From Diplonema japonicum (Eukaryota > Protista > Euglenozoa: Diplonemea): a stretch of 64,000 bases of DNA. The notes beneath the pieces were generated by a model that saw only the letters and a program-made list of their open reading frames with translations, ran no database searches and had not been told where the DNA came from. A program made the position numbers and the translations under genes. Every line of letters starts with the position of its first letter. The first letter of the stretch is position 1. Shown one piece after another: positions 36,391-47,158 of this stretch. Location: assembly GCA_964019335.1 (NCBI GenBank), contig OZ025671.1:372001-436000 (forward strand), given 5' to 3'.

Positions 36391-38598
36391 TTAGTCCTCA
36401 CTTTGTTTGCTATTCGAAGCGACCTCGGCAGCAAGCAGATTCATCACCTCGGGACCGAGGGAGGTCCCGTTGAGCTCCAGCACTGTCAACGTGGGGCAGC
36501 TCTTGATGAAGTGCAGCAGCGGCTTTGAGGACGCGAGGGAAATGTTTGGGTTCCTGCGTAGCGTAAGTTGTCGGAGGCCCGGAAGGGACTCGCACGCCTT
36601 GCACAGCACCCTCACCTCGTCGTTCCCAAGCGACATGTCGTTGAACCGTAGCGTGTGCAGCTTTGGGAGGAACTGGAAGAGATACACGACACAGTCGAAA
36701 CCCCTCCCAAAATAGTTTAGCGACATGTCTAACTCCTCGATGTTTGCTGCATGCGCGGGCTCACTGGGCAACCTCGACAAGAACTGCGAGTTAGGCTTGA
36801 CACCCTTTTTCGCGCATGCTTCTCTGTACATCACTTTGATACCCGGCTCCTCTTCGATTTCTGATGACTCTTCCACTTCGAAGTCCTCTTGTATCTCCTC
36901 TTTCTCTGAAAGACATAACGGCGAGGCAACCCCCATGGGGCTTGAATTGCATGACACCGCCTCGGACTTTCGAGGGCTGCTGTTGTTGTCAATGTGTACA
37001 GACTCATTGATGGATGCCGAAGCAGCACTTTCGTCATCTGCTGACATGAGAAAGGAAGTCTTTTGCAAGTGAGGGATGTCGGACACGTCAACGGGGAGCT
37101 CCTCAGTCGCTACACTGATTCCTCTTTCAAAGTACCTTGTCTTCTTCTTTCGTCTGGAGGTCTCCTCGTCCTCTTTCATCTCATTCGGGAAGGGCACGAT
37201 GGGTACACCGTGGAAACCTTTCACAACGCCCCCTGTGCTGCAGCTCGCAAGGAACGCGTATCTCTGCACTTGCTGCTTTTTATCCTCGAACGCTTCGGTG
37301 AAATCGTCCTCCGTTATAAGGCGGATGGCAGTGGCTTCCGATCGCTGGAAAGCACCGTCGGCTTCCCGTTCAGGGATGAAGTAGACACCTTTCAACAAGC
37401 CTTGCATGATGTGCAGGTTCATGTCGAAGAGGCCCTGCCCCGTTCGTGTGAAATACGAGACGACAACGCCCATGTTGTTGTTGAGCGTCACGCAGCACAT
37501 TGCTTTGCAGAACTTTGAGTGCAGGTCCGACGACACAGATCCTGTCCACAGGTACGAAACACCGCTGCGGTTCCCAATGAAGTTCGTGAGCGGCGTACCA
37601 GAGGGCTTCGTGTTGACGAACTCCGACATGACAGAACGCATCTTGATGGTGCCGTACTCGGCGGCGGATAGGATGGTGGGGTGCCGGGCGCGAATGATGT
37701 CCTCCACATCGATACCGAGAGACACCTCCACAGGCTGCTGCTGCACATCGCACTCTTTGTCGTCGACTGCCATTTCTGGCGGCGACACCCTCAACACCAT
37801 GGTGAGGTTGAACAGATCAACCCGTGTATTAGCCAAGATGAGGGACGTACGGGGTTTGAGTGTCATTGGGTAGGCGGGGACCTTGAACGCAATGGCATAA
37901 TGCGTGTTGCGGTACGACAGCACGCCATAATCCCATTTTGCATCGACACCAGCAGGGGCTGTGAAATACGACTCGTCGGGAGTGGGCTCCTCCTTTTGAG
38001 CAGGTGGGTAAAGATGCAAGTTTACAGGGTTGCTGAAGTGATTGAGAACGGTTTTAGCGTAATCAGGAAGCGTGTCATAAGTGTCTTGAGAGGGGCAGGT
38101 TGTGTGGAGCACGACAGTGAGGTTTCGGGTGGAGTCAGGTACCCCGATGACATAATGCCCGTTCCATGTGTCGCCACCGACAGAGTAGGAGAAAGCGAAG
38201 GCGGGTTTTCCTGCAAGTATAAGCCCAGTGTTCAGCTTGTCGCCCACTGTGATGTTCCACATATCAGTCTCCCCGTTGATCTCCAGGACATTGGGCACTT
38301 CAAGTACCTTTCGTAGAAGCTTTCTGCAAACATCGGGAAGATCACCGAACTCATCAACAAGAAGCACGGAGACCGTTCTGGGGACGACGTCTCTGATTTC
38401 TGCTGAGGGGTCCTCTCGCGGGCCTATCAGCACGCCCCATTTATCGTTATACGCGATACACTCCGTGCACCCCAACACCTCCCCGCGGCTTTCGATACCC
38501 CATTGCAACGGTACATTCATCGTTATTCCGTATTTCCCCGAGTCCCACTGATACATCATCTCTGATGTTATGGAGGATTGGTGTGTCTTTTCCGACAT
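36391..38598 (-). CDS. Leucine-rich-repeat protein with two N-terminal PsbP/Mog1-like segments (possibly exon 1 of the IP3R gene)
   Basis: YREACAKKGVKPNS..ELDMSLNYFG..LHTLRFNDMSL..LRQLTLRRNPNI..LTVLELNGTSL are RI-type LRRs. The PsbP-like assignment (YGITMNVPLQW; YRNTHYAIAFKVP) is by pattern only. Confidence 0.75.
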   Translation of the reverse strand: MSEKTHQSSITSEMMYQWDSGKYGITMNVPLQWGIESRGEVLGCTECIAYNDKWGVLIGPREDPSAEIRDVVPRTVSVLLVDEFGDLPDVCRKLLRKVLEVPNVLEINGETDMWNITVGDKLNTGLILAGKPAFAFSYSVGGDTWNGHYVIGVPDSTRNLTVVLHTTCPSQDTYDTLPDYAKTVLNHFSNPVNLHLYPPAQKEEPTPDESYFTAPAGVDAKWDYGVLSYRNTHYAIAFKVPAYPMTLKPRTSLILANTRVDLFNLTMVLRVSPPEMAVDDKECDVQQQPVEVSLGIDVEDIIRARHPTILSAAEYGTIKMRSVMSEFVNTKPSGTPLTNFIGNRSGVSYLWTGSVSSDLHSKFCKAMCCVTLNNNMGVVVSYFTRTGQGLFDMNLHIMQGLLKGVYFIPEREADGAFQRSEATAIRLITEDDFTEAFEDKKQQVQRYAFLASCSTGGVVKGFHGVPIVPFPNEMKEDEETSRRKKKTRYFERGISVATEELPVDVSDIPHLQKTSFLMSADDESAASASINESVHIDNNSSPRKSEAVSCNSSPMGVASPLCLSEKEEIQEDFEVEESSEIEEEPGIKVMYREACAKKGVKPNSQFLSRLPSEPAHAANIEELDMSLNYFGRGFDCVVYLFQFLPKLHTLRFNDMSLGNDEVRVLCKACESLPGLRQLTLRRNPNISLASSKPLLHFIKSCPTLTVLELNGTSLGPEVMNLLAAEVASNSKQSED

Positions 38599-38713
38599 TT
38601 CCCTTTTTTTTTGCTTCTTGTTTTGTGTAGCTTTCAAGATGAAGCAGAAAAAAAGAGCAATCTGATCGCTATAAATATCCATAACAATACTGGTGATCCT
38701 CCTCCCCCCCTTT

Positions 38714-40904
38714 CTATCTCCTAGATAGCATGCTTTGTCTGTTCTCTAGTTCCAGATGTTTCCTGTGTTTCTTCTGTTTCCAAGTCGGTAGGCAACTTTG
38801 AATCGAACGGTCTATGGCATCCTGATTAAATTTTATGTTCCTTTCCCCCCCCCTTTTTTTTTCTTTTCCACACCTCAACGCGTTTTTCGTAATCTTCATT
38901 GAGAGGTATGTCGGCATAGGTGTCGGTGGGTTCTTTCAAGAAGGAGCTGCGCGAAAAAATTTTTAAATAAAATAAAAACGTTTCTTTTTTAATCTCGTCT
39001 GCATACTGTCTAGTAGCATAAGTACTCCCGTACAAATCAGGAGTAGCTAATGTAGCACGAAGAGAAGCGTGTTTTGAATAGTGTCCATTCAACTCTGCCA
39101 GCGCATTCCAGTCGTCTGGGTTAGGAGTAGAGATAGGGTGGTCGTAGAAACGAGAAGAAATGGACCGCTGGAGAAAGCCAGGTCGGTGCTTAAGCTCCTT
39201 GAAGATGAGCTCCCCAACACGGTCGTAGCCAAAGGGGGTCATTTCCAGTGAACCTGAGAAATAGCCCGGGCCGAGTTTGCCAAGCCATGTGGCTTGGCCA
39301 GTAGAAGTATTGGGGTTGCTCCTGAACGGGATCATCTTAAAGAGATCGACGACAAGCATGTCCTTTCTCTTACTACGAGCGAACCCTTCCAGTTCGCCGT
39401 TGACAGTCAACACACCTGGCCCGAGGATGTGCTTGTACTGCTTGCCGAACTGCGAGATGGTTAGCCCAACTGTTTTGCACCCATGCATGTGTGCAATATG
39501 GTGCATTCTCTTTAGGTTCTGTGCTACTTCACTCGCTTCCACCGCAGGTGAGAACAGGTCGTACACCCCTCCCCAGATGATCACCAGATCATACTGGTCG
39601 CCTGCTTCGTGCTTCTCAGTCAGTTTTCGCCACAACCTGTCCCTCATCTCATGTACCGTGTCTCTGTACACACCCATCACTTCGATGTCAGCGTTCATCA
39701 GCTCATGCAGCCTCATTGCATACGGGTGCTCTCGCACCTCCAGATCCTCGTTTTCTTCATGTAAAGGGTTCTTCCCTCTGTACGCATTTCCCGCGTCCGA
39801 CCCATACGCCATGCCCAAGGTCAGCGTGTCCCCGATGCAGAGAATCTTCATCTGCTGCCCTGGTTTTGACGGGTCGTGTTTGAGGTGGAGGTGTTTCTCT
39901 GCTCTGTGGAGCTTCTCCGTGACCCACTCCTCTTCGGCCCACTGGATGGGCCCGATGGTCTTCTGGATCGGCATCCCGTACTGCTTTGAATACTTCCCCG
40001 GTGTGGGATGCACGGCCACAGGGAACACATCAACTTCTGTGTTCGGCGTCACCTTCATCTCCACCCCGTCAACATCGACAGTCGTTGTGCCTGTCTCCTC
40101 GCGCAGCTGGTCGGGAGGAAGGGTTTCATCAGCAAGCGGCAGCGATTCCCACTGCGAGTGGGGTGCTGCCAAGAGCGGGTTCGTGGGCTCATCAAGCACC
40201 ATGTCGAAGGTGGTAGCGAGGGGGTCCCCTGCCCAGTTGTAGCGATCGCGTGCTTTACGCGCCCAGAACCCCGCCCCGACGTTCATAGAAGGTGACGAGC
40301 GGAACTTCATAGAAAGCCCCCTGTTGTGCCAGGAAAACAATATTTGCGCGTGTCTTTTCCCATCACTCGCAAAGTCCATGCGTGGGAGGGCAATCTGATT
40401 TTCATAAGGAGCCAGCTGATGGTCCTTGTAATGGTCGTACACGTGTGATGGGGTTATATCAGATTGGGACGCTGCAGGGTAGTGCAGTTTGTCGAAGTTC
40501 TGGTACGTCCTGAAGACACGGCGCTGCGGGCGGTGAGGGTCCGTCTCGTCGAATGGCCGCGTTGCCAGCTCCGTGTTTTCCACAGGGGTCATCTCAGTCC
40601 CCGAAGCGGGCACTATGGCATTCGCTTCCTCTTTCATGTTGTCTACAGGAGGCTCATGCACCTCTATTTGCTCCAGTTCTTCCCTGTTCATCTCCATAAG
40701 CTTCACAGAGGGTATCTTTGCTGCCTTTGGCCGTTTGATCCGCATCACCCTTCTTGGTGCCCGTTTGAACGCCGCCCCGGAGTCGACTGCTTCCCCTGTT
40801 GGGCCCTCCTGTGAGAACTGATCACTCCATTGTGCTCCGACTGCCTGGTACTTCCATGCTTGCTTGGAGAAGTTCCTTTTGAGGACGCGGAGGTTCCTGT
40901 TCAT
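38714..40904 (-). CDS. SGNH/GDSL-fold pseudo-hydrolase, probably mitochondrial; exons 40904-39007, 38946-38874 and 38821-38714, ~692 aa
   Basis: Arg-rich N-terminus MNRNLRVLKRNFS; SGNH blocks ILCIGDTLT, DLVIIWGGVYD and LEMTPFGY; introns 38947-39006 (60 nt) and 38822-38873 (52 nt). Confidence 0.75.
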
Positions 40905-40973
40905 GGCGCCAACCCGCCCCAACCTGTGGTGATGGAAGAAAGCAAGGGGGGAGAAATAATTATAAAAACAATT

Positions 40974-41576
40974 CTACAAACAGCCGCGATATCTCGAGTA
41001 TATAATATTGCGGTTGATCGAGACTGCGGACAGGGCTTGCGGGGGGACTACAGTGTTGGACATCGATGCAGAGCGTGGCTCCAAAGACGGCTCAGACCTG
41101 GGAGGGAGCGAATCGCACAAAGAGGCACCGGACTGGCTAGGAACCCGTGGAGGGTGGAAGCTGCAGGCTCTCTTTGTTTCCCACCTATTTGTTTGAGTTA
41201 CTTTGTCTATTGGCGCATCCGATGCAACACTGTCCCCCGAGACACCTGACGAACCTGAAAGGCTCCCTACTCTTTGCAACTCGTGCGTGTACAAACCCTT
41301 TGTTTCCCAGCAGCTTGTCTGTGTTTCCCTACTCTCGCATTCCAATCTGCCAGTGGGCAGTGGTGGTTCCAACCGCCTCTCCCTCTCCAACTCATCGTCG
41401 TCCCAAGCGGGGGGATACGGGAATGGAGAATCACACATTATCTTTTCATCTTTTTCCTTTTTTCTTTTTCCTTTGTTCCCACCTGTTATGGGTTTTGTAA
41501 CCCAGTAAACGCTTGTCGCAAACAGGTTAATGATGACACAATTCGTAGCAACAGGGGAGTGAGAGGGCTCGGTCAT
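40974..41576 (-). CDS. Hypothetical protein (start uncertain: 41576 or 41438)
   Basis: Open frame with coding-like composition between low-complexity spacers; no recognisable domain. Confidence 0.4.
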   Translation of the reverse strand: MTEPSHSPVATNCVIINLFATSVYWVTKPITGGNKGKRKKEKDEKIMCDSPFPYPPAWDDDELERERRLEPPLPTGRLECESRETQTSCWETKGLYTHELQRVGSLSGSSGVSGDSVASDAPIDKVTQTNRWETKRACSFHPPRVPSQSGASLCDSLPPRSEPSLEPRSASMSNTVVPPQALSAVSINRNIIYSRYRGCL

Positions 41577-41788
41577 CAGACCAAGGAGAGGGTTCGTTTT
41601 CTTTTTCTTCACTTTTTCCCCCTCTCTTCCTTCTTTTTGGGTTGAGGGCGGGGTCGAAAAGGGGGCAAAAAAATGGATCGGAAGTGCCGTGCCTTATCAG
41701 TCACGACACCCGTATTTTAAACACACTGTGGGGGGGGGGGGGGGGGGGGGGGGGGGGTTCCTCGCCTCTTTTCTCTAGTTAAATCTCA

Positions 41789-42065
41789 TTATCCATCCTC
41801 TAATACAGATATCCATACTGGCTGGACAAATCCTGCCGAACAGGTCAGCATCTGTTAAAGGTTATATCCTCCCCTTTTGTTTTCACACCTCAGGGCTGGC
41901 CATATCGGTCTCAGCCAGGACCATGGACACGCTGAGACCTTCCGCGCTAATCGTCTGCCCACCGATCTTAATGGAGTTCACTGGGCTTGCCACCTTCAAC
42001 ACAGAGTAGGGTGCTCTCTGGAACAGGGGTGCCCTGGAGGCCGCCCTCGCAAAACCACGCAACAT
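41789..42065 (-). CDS. Small 79-aa protein with a mitochondrial-type presequence; exons 42065-41889 and 41851-41789
   Basis: Presequence-like start MLRGFARAASRAPLFQRAPY. A 37-nt GTGTGA..AACAG intron (41852-41888) gives the C-terminus MLTCSAGFVQPVWISVLEDG*. Confidence 0.65.
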
Positions 42066-42301
42066 CTTTCTTTTACCCTTTTTGTGACATGGGGGAAAAA
42101 AGAAGAAGAAAACATAATAAAAAACTTGAGGGCGCTCTATGAAACTTTACATAGGGGCACAAAAAAAGGGAAAGAGGGAGGGAAAAGAGGGAAAATAATC
42201 GAATAAAGTATACAGAAAAAAAAAACACTTTTATAACCATACTTCCTTTTTTTTTTTTTTTTTTTTTTTCCCTCCTCCCTGCCGCAAGAAAAAAAAAGAA
42301 T

Positions 42302-43584
42302 CTATTGTTCTTTCCCCATTCGCTCGAGGACCATAGCACGGGTCTCGTCTTCCATTTTGTAACGCTGGCGTTTGTTCTCCATGTGCTCGAGTGCCTTGTT
42401 GGAAGGGTTGTCGCAAGCCGCGCGGAGGACTGACTTGAGCCCATGCAGAGCAAGGGAAGAAGGGAAGGCCCATTCGATGGCCCACTTTGTAGCAAGAAAG
42501 TCGACGAGGATGCTGAAGGAGTATGTGGCACCCTCTGCTGCCTGGTCGCCCCACACGTGGCCCACCACATCTATAATAGCGTCTGCCACTGCTTTAAGGA
42601 GCTGGTGAGGGACCCCTGCGGCAGAGGTAAAGAGCTCATCTGAAGCATCAACCGTCGCTAGCACAATCCTGCGCGCCTCGCGCAGCCCACGGTGCTTCAC
42701 CATCTGCTGCCCTAACGGCGATTCATGTACTTCATCACCCACCGCGCACCCTACCTGTTTCGACACACCTCTAAGCATGCCTTTTCCTCCCTCGGAAATG
42801 CTCCCAGCTGCGTTATTCACAACAAGCCCCGCCCGTCTTAGGTTGTCCAGCGTTCCTTGTTTTATTCTTAACTCCGACCCCGGCGGGCATTCCCGCAACA
42901 CCGACTTCCCAGCCTTGCTCAGCCCCCTCACACCGTTCAGCACGTCGACACGCTTCTCCGTCACACGCTTCGCCAGGAAATGCGCCCCGCTGCGCACCTC
43001 CTTCCCGATCATATCCCCGACACCGTCCTCCAACAGCTTCCCGCCTTCTGTGAGGTGCACGGGTACACGCCCTTTAGGAGGCTTGACCCCCTTCACGCGC
43101 AGCTCTGCGTTGTCCTTCAGCATGGACTCAAGGAGCTCCACCTCCTCGTCTTCAACAGTGTCCTCGTCTGCTGAGAGGTGGAACTCGAGGAACTTTCCGC
43201 ACACAACCGCCACGAACAACCGCGGGCCGTTCTTGAGAACGATCGTTTTCCTGCTCAAGCTCACCACCGTCGACCCGCACAGCATGATGTACACACTGGG
43301 CGTCTGCTCGATGGCAGGCTCAAGTTGCTCCTGCACCGAAGAGGCCAGGTTGCTCTGGCTGTACTGCCGTATCTCCAAGTCCTCGTCCTCGCACAACGTG
43401 TGCCGCTCGGCATTCATCACCTGCACCACCTTCGTTCCCTGTGCATTGTTGTACAAGCCTGTGAGCATACCTCTACTGCTAGGACGATCTCATGGTCCAA
43501 CTTCTGCAGAACCTCATGCAGCTCCTGAGCGGAGGAGACCCTCCGGCTGCCCTGCGGCATATTGGATCCTGTGGACTTTGACAT
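42302..43584 (-). CDS. Spartin/senescence-domain-like protein; exons 43584-43471 and 43438-42302, ~416 aa
   Basis: A 32-nt GTATGC..CACAG intron (43439-43470) links an ATG-bearing exon in frame. The helical C-terminus (DVVGHVWGDQAAE) resembles the senescence domain. Confidence 0.65.
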
Positions 43585-43625
43585 GATGTAAACTATCTGT
43601 CTGCAACTACAACAACAAGTCTTAA

Positions 43626-44510
43626 CTATTTTACAGATGCAGCAGTGTGTGCTGTGTGGTGTGTTCGTGCTGACGGGACGGATACAGCAGAGGGATGGTC
43701 AGAAAGAGCTGCCGATCGTGTGGCAGAAACTGCTGACGGGCTGGCAGTGGCAGGAACTGAAGGCACAATGGATGCAGTGGCAGAACGAGCAGCTGTGTGC
43801 ACAGAGGTCGGTGGCTGAGAAGTGTGTTGTGAGAGGGAAGACTTCGTAAGCTTGCTGCTCGTTGTGTGCTGCGAAACTACACTAACACGACGTGAAGCCA
43901 CCCTCGAAGGGACCTGTGATATGGAAGGGCCGATGTCTTCCTGAGGTGGGGTGGGTGGAGCTATTTCCGCTTCCGCTTCCGCGATGTGTGCAACGAGAGG
44001 TGCAGCGGGTGGTGCACCACCGCCACCAAAGCCCGGAGGCAACGCTAGCCCCAATCTTTTCGCCACTTCCAAGGCCCGTCCCATTCTGTTCTCAGCAGCG
44101 TTGTGGGCCACAGCTGTCTCTATGACACTGGTCTCCATGTCAGTTTTTTCCTGAAGGATCTTGATACTTTTCTCCAGTTTTTTTGACGCTTCGCTTTTCT
44201 CGGGCAGCTCTGTCGGCTTCCCGATCTGCTCTTCCGTCAAGTGTGCAGGTTTGTCAGGAGACAACAGCAGCCCATCGATGATCCCGCCTATCCGTACAGC
44301 ACGGGTGTCCACTGCGGTATACTGCCCGCCCTGCCAAGCAGGGTCGCGCACCCTTGCTGGAGAGTACAGCTCCCTCGCAGGGGACGGCGACACGTACGGG
44401 GTGCTCCTGTCACGCCACGGGGAACTCCATTTGGTGGCGTTTTCTAGGAGGTCGTTGTACGGCAAAACATGCGCCATTCTTCCCTCTTTCCCCCTTCCTT
44501 GTGGATGCAT
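43626..44510 (-). CDS. Hypothetical protein with Ser/Ala/Thr-rich C-terminus (start 44510 or 44477)
   Basis: 294-aa ORF on the gene-bearing strand with coding-like composition. Confidence 0.6.
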   Translation of the reverse strand: MHPQGRGKEGRMAHVLPYNDLLENATKWSSPWRDRSTPYVSPSPARELYSPARVRDPAWQGGQYTAVDTRAVRIGGIIDGLLLSPDKPAHLTEEQIGKPTELPEKSEASKKLEKSIKILQEKTDMETSVIETAVAHNAAENRMGRALEVAKRLGLALPPGFGGGGAPPAAPLVAHIAEAEAEIAPPTPPQEDIGPSISQVPSRVASRRVSVVSQHTTSSKLTKSSLSQHTSQPPTSVHTAARSATASIVPSVPATASPSAVSATRSAALSDHPSAVSVPSARTHHTAHTAASVK

Positions 44511-44578
44511 AGTTATCTCTTTTCATTAAAAAAAAGAAAGAAAATAGGGGTAAAGAAAAAAAGATTTTTTTTCTTTTT

Positions 44579-45355
44579 TCAAGCCGTGTGTGTGGCCACA
44601 TGAGCTTCAAGAACCGTTCTGAGAGTGAAACGTTCGAGGCAGTAAGGGCATTCCATGGAGTTGAAGGCAGCGGGGCGGTATGGGGTGCAAAGCTGCTCGT
44701 GTTTGGTGAATTCAGTGCAGGAAGATGTGGCGTATCCACAGACTTTGCAAACCGGCAAGTGGACAAAGCCGTTCCTGTTGGTTTGGTTTAACTCAGTTTT
44801 TTTGTCTTGCACGACTTCTTGAAGGAATGTGCTGCTCTCGGGGACCTTGGTGATGATTCCGGTTTTGTGTCTGGGGGTCCTCCTGTTAGGGATGGCCACT
44901 ATCGCGCTGCGCGGTTCTTTTTTTTTCTTTTTTTCTTTTTTGTCTTTTTTCTTCGCGCTCTTTTCCTTCCGTATGTTCCACTCATCGTCAGTAGAGATAC
45001 AAGCTGTCATCTCTTCTTGGAGAGTGCTTGAATTAACTTCTGGTTTTGTTACCACTTTCACCTCCCTTAGTCCCGTCATTACGTCACTTTGTTTCGGTGT
45101 TTGCCTATTGACCTGACCCCACGCTTCTTCTTCATCACTTGGTACTTTTTTCGCCTTCTTCGCCGGTGTGGACTCGGGTTTTTTGACCGGGCTTCGTTTC
45201 CGCTTTTTAGCCGGCGTTTTCGGTTCGACTTCCTCCTTTTTTTTCCGCTTGGGAGCTTCCTTAGTTTTTGGCTTGGGCTTCTTTTTATCCTTTTTATCCT
45301 TATCTTTTTTATTTGAAGGCTTCTCACTCTCGCTTTTTTTTTTTCTTCCCGGCAT
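44579..45355 (-). CDS. Lys-rich nuclear protein with two C-terminal C2H2-type zinc fingers
   Basis: CKVCGY..FTKHEQLC and CPYCLERFTLRTVLEAHVATH; basic NLS-like N-terminus. Confidence 0.75.
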   Translation of the reverse strand: MPGRKKKSESEKPSNKKDKDKKDKKKPKPKTKEAPKRKKKEEVEPKTPAKKRKRSPVKKPESTPAKKAKKVPSDEEEAWGQVNRQTPKQSDVMTGLREVKVVTKPEVNSSTLQEEMTACISTDDEWNIRKEKSAKKKDKKEKKKKKEPRSAIVAIPNRRTPRHKTGIITKVPESSTFLQEVVQDKKTELNQTNRNGFVHLPVCKVCGYATSSCTEFTKHEQLCTPYRPAAFNSMECPYCLERFTLRTVLEAHVATHTA

Positions 45356-46286
45356 TTTTTTTTTTTTTTTTTTTTTTCCTTTTTTTCAAAAAAAAAAAAT
45401 GTTTCACAACTTCTCGATACAAGAAAAGAAAATAAAAGAAAAAGAAAAAGAAAACCGCAGGAAAAAAAAAAAGATTCTTAACACAAGCAGGGAAAATGGG
45501 GGTGGGAGGGGTGCGGAAAAACATGTGAAGTAAATAAAAAGAGGGGGGGGGGAAGAAATATGCAAACCAATATCTCCCCTATTCACCCTCTGCCCAGAAT
45601 TTTTTTTTTTGGCTCTTGTTTTATTTTCATGGGTGGTTCCCTTTCCCGTCGACTAGGTTTATATATAACACAATTGCACTGTCGAAAAAAAGGGGGGGGG
45701 GGGCAAGAGCTTTCCTGCAATAATGCGCAGACGGGTAGGGCTTCGCTCTATCGTTGATTTGCAAAAAAAAAAAAAAATAAATAAAGAGAGAGAAAAGGAA
45801 AGTGGGAGGAGGAAGGAGGTGGAGAGAAATAATGAATAAAAGGGGGGGTAGCACTTGGGAGGTGGGAATGTGTGAAGTGAGGGGAAAAAAAAATAAATAA
45901 AAAAAATAAAAAGGAGATGCCGGCTCTCCAAGCTGGGAGAGGAGAGGAAAGAACAGAAAAAAAAATTTTTTTTTAAAAGGAAAAGTGGCGAAAAAAAGTT
46001 TTTCTGCACACTGCCTTATTCCTTGTCTTCGCCCCCTACTTAAAGGGGGAGGTTGTCTTTCTTTCTTTTCTTCCTAATTTGAAAACTCGTTTTTTTTTCC
46101 TCTTTTTTTTTTCCCCCTTCCCCTCTCTATCTCTTTCTTCGCCCAGTGTATCTATTGAAAAAAAAAAACATAATGTCTCACCCCCTACCAAAAGGGGGAG
46201 GTTGTAGGAACGGCTTTTTTTTTTTTTGTTGGAACGGCTTTTCTTTTTTGTTTTCCATAATCATCATCTCATGGTAAAAGGAAGGG

Positions 46287-46330
<44 letters not shown>

Positions 46331-47119
46331 GAAAAAACTTTTTTGAAAATTCTTTTTGGAATTTCTTGATATTTTTACCATTCTTTTTTGTTTGAAAATA
46401 CAGTAGGACTTAAATAGCAGGGCACCCTTTAAAAAAAAAAAAAACTCACCACCGGCAAGTAGAGGTTCACGCACTGAGTGCAAAAAAAAAAAAAAAAAAA
46501 AAAAAATAGAATTGAGGAAACACCGCGTATGCACCAAGGTATAAATTCCAGTTTTGGACTAATGGTGACGAGGACTTTAGGTTGTAAAGAATAAAAAAGA
46601 TGTTGTGGGCCTTTTCTTCAATTTAAGGAAGTTTTGTTGGGGCCCTATACAATGAAGGGCAGAAAACCCTTCACTAAAAGCTTGGGCACAATCTTTCGTT
46701 TCTTCTTTTTTTTTAATTTTGCTTTTATAACTTTTTTTTTTTAGAAATTCATTTTTATAAAAAAAAAAAAAAAAAAATAAAAAGAGATAAAAGAAGGGGG
46801 GAAATACAAGGAAAAATAGAAGAGACACAGAATTCTCTCCTTTTTTCCCCCATTTTTTTTTTGCTGAACTTTAAAAAAAAAAAAAAACTTCCATTCAAGA
46901 AAAAAACAAGAAAAAAGGAGAGGGGGGATAAGGGTGATTTCGCTCAACCCCCCCCCTTTTCACTTCCTTTTTTTTCCCTCTGAGAAGCTAAGTGATATTT
47001 CTTTTTTTTTCTTCTTTCTTTTTTTTTTTCCAAGTTCAACTGTTTCCACCCCTTCCTGCTTTTAGCGTTTTCGTTTTCTTTTTTTCTTTTTTTTTTTTTT
47101 TCCGGAACCGAGAATTGGT

Positions 47120-47158
<39 letters not shown>

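Noticed and set aside
42202-42218. Spliced-leader-like relic TTTCTGTATACTTTATT; also AGCTACAGTCTGTA at ~54415
   Set aside because: Short gapped matches to an SL recalled from memory, in AT-rich context, with no SL-RNA gene structure.
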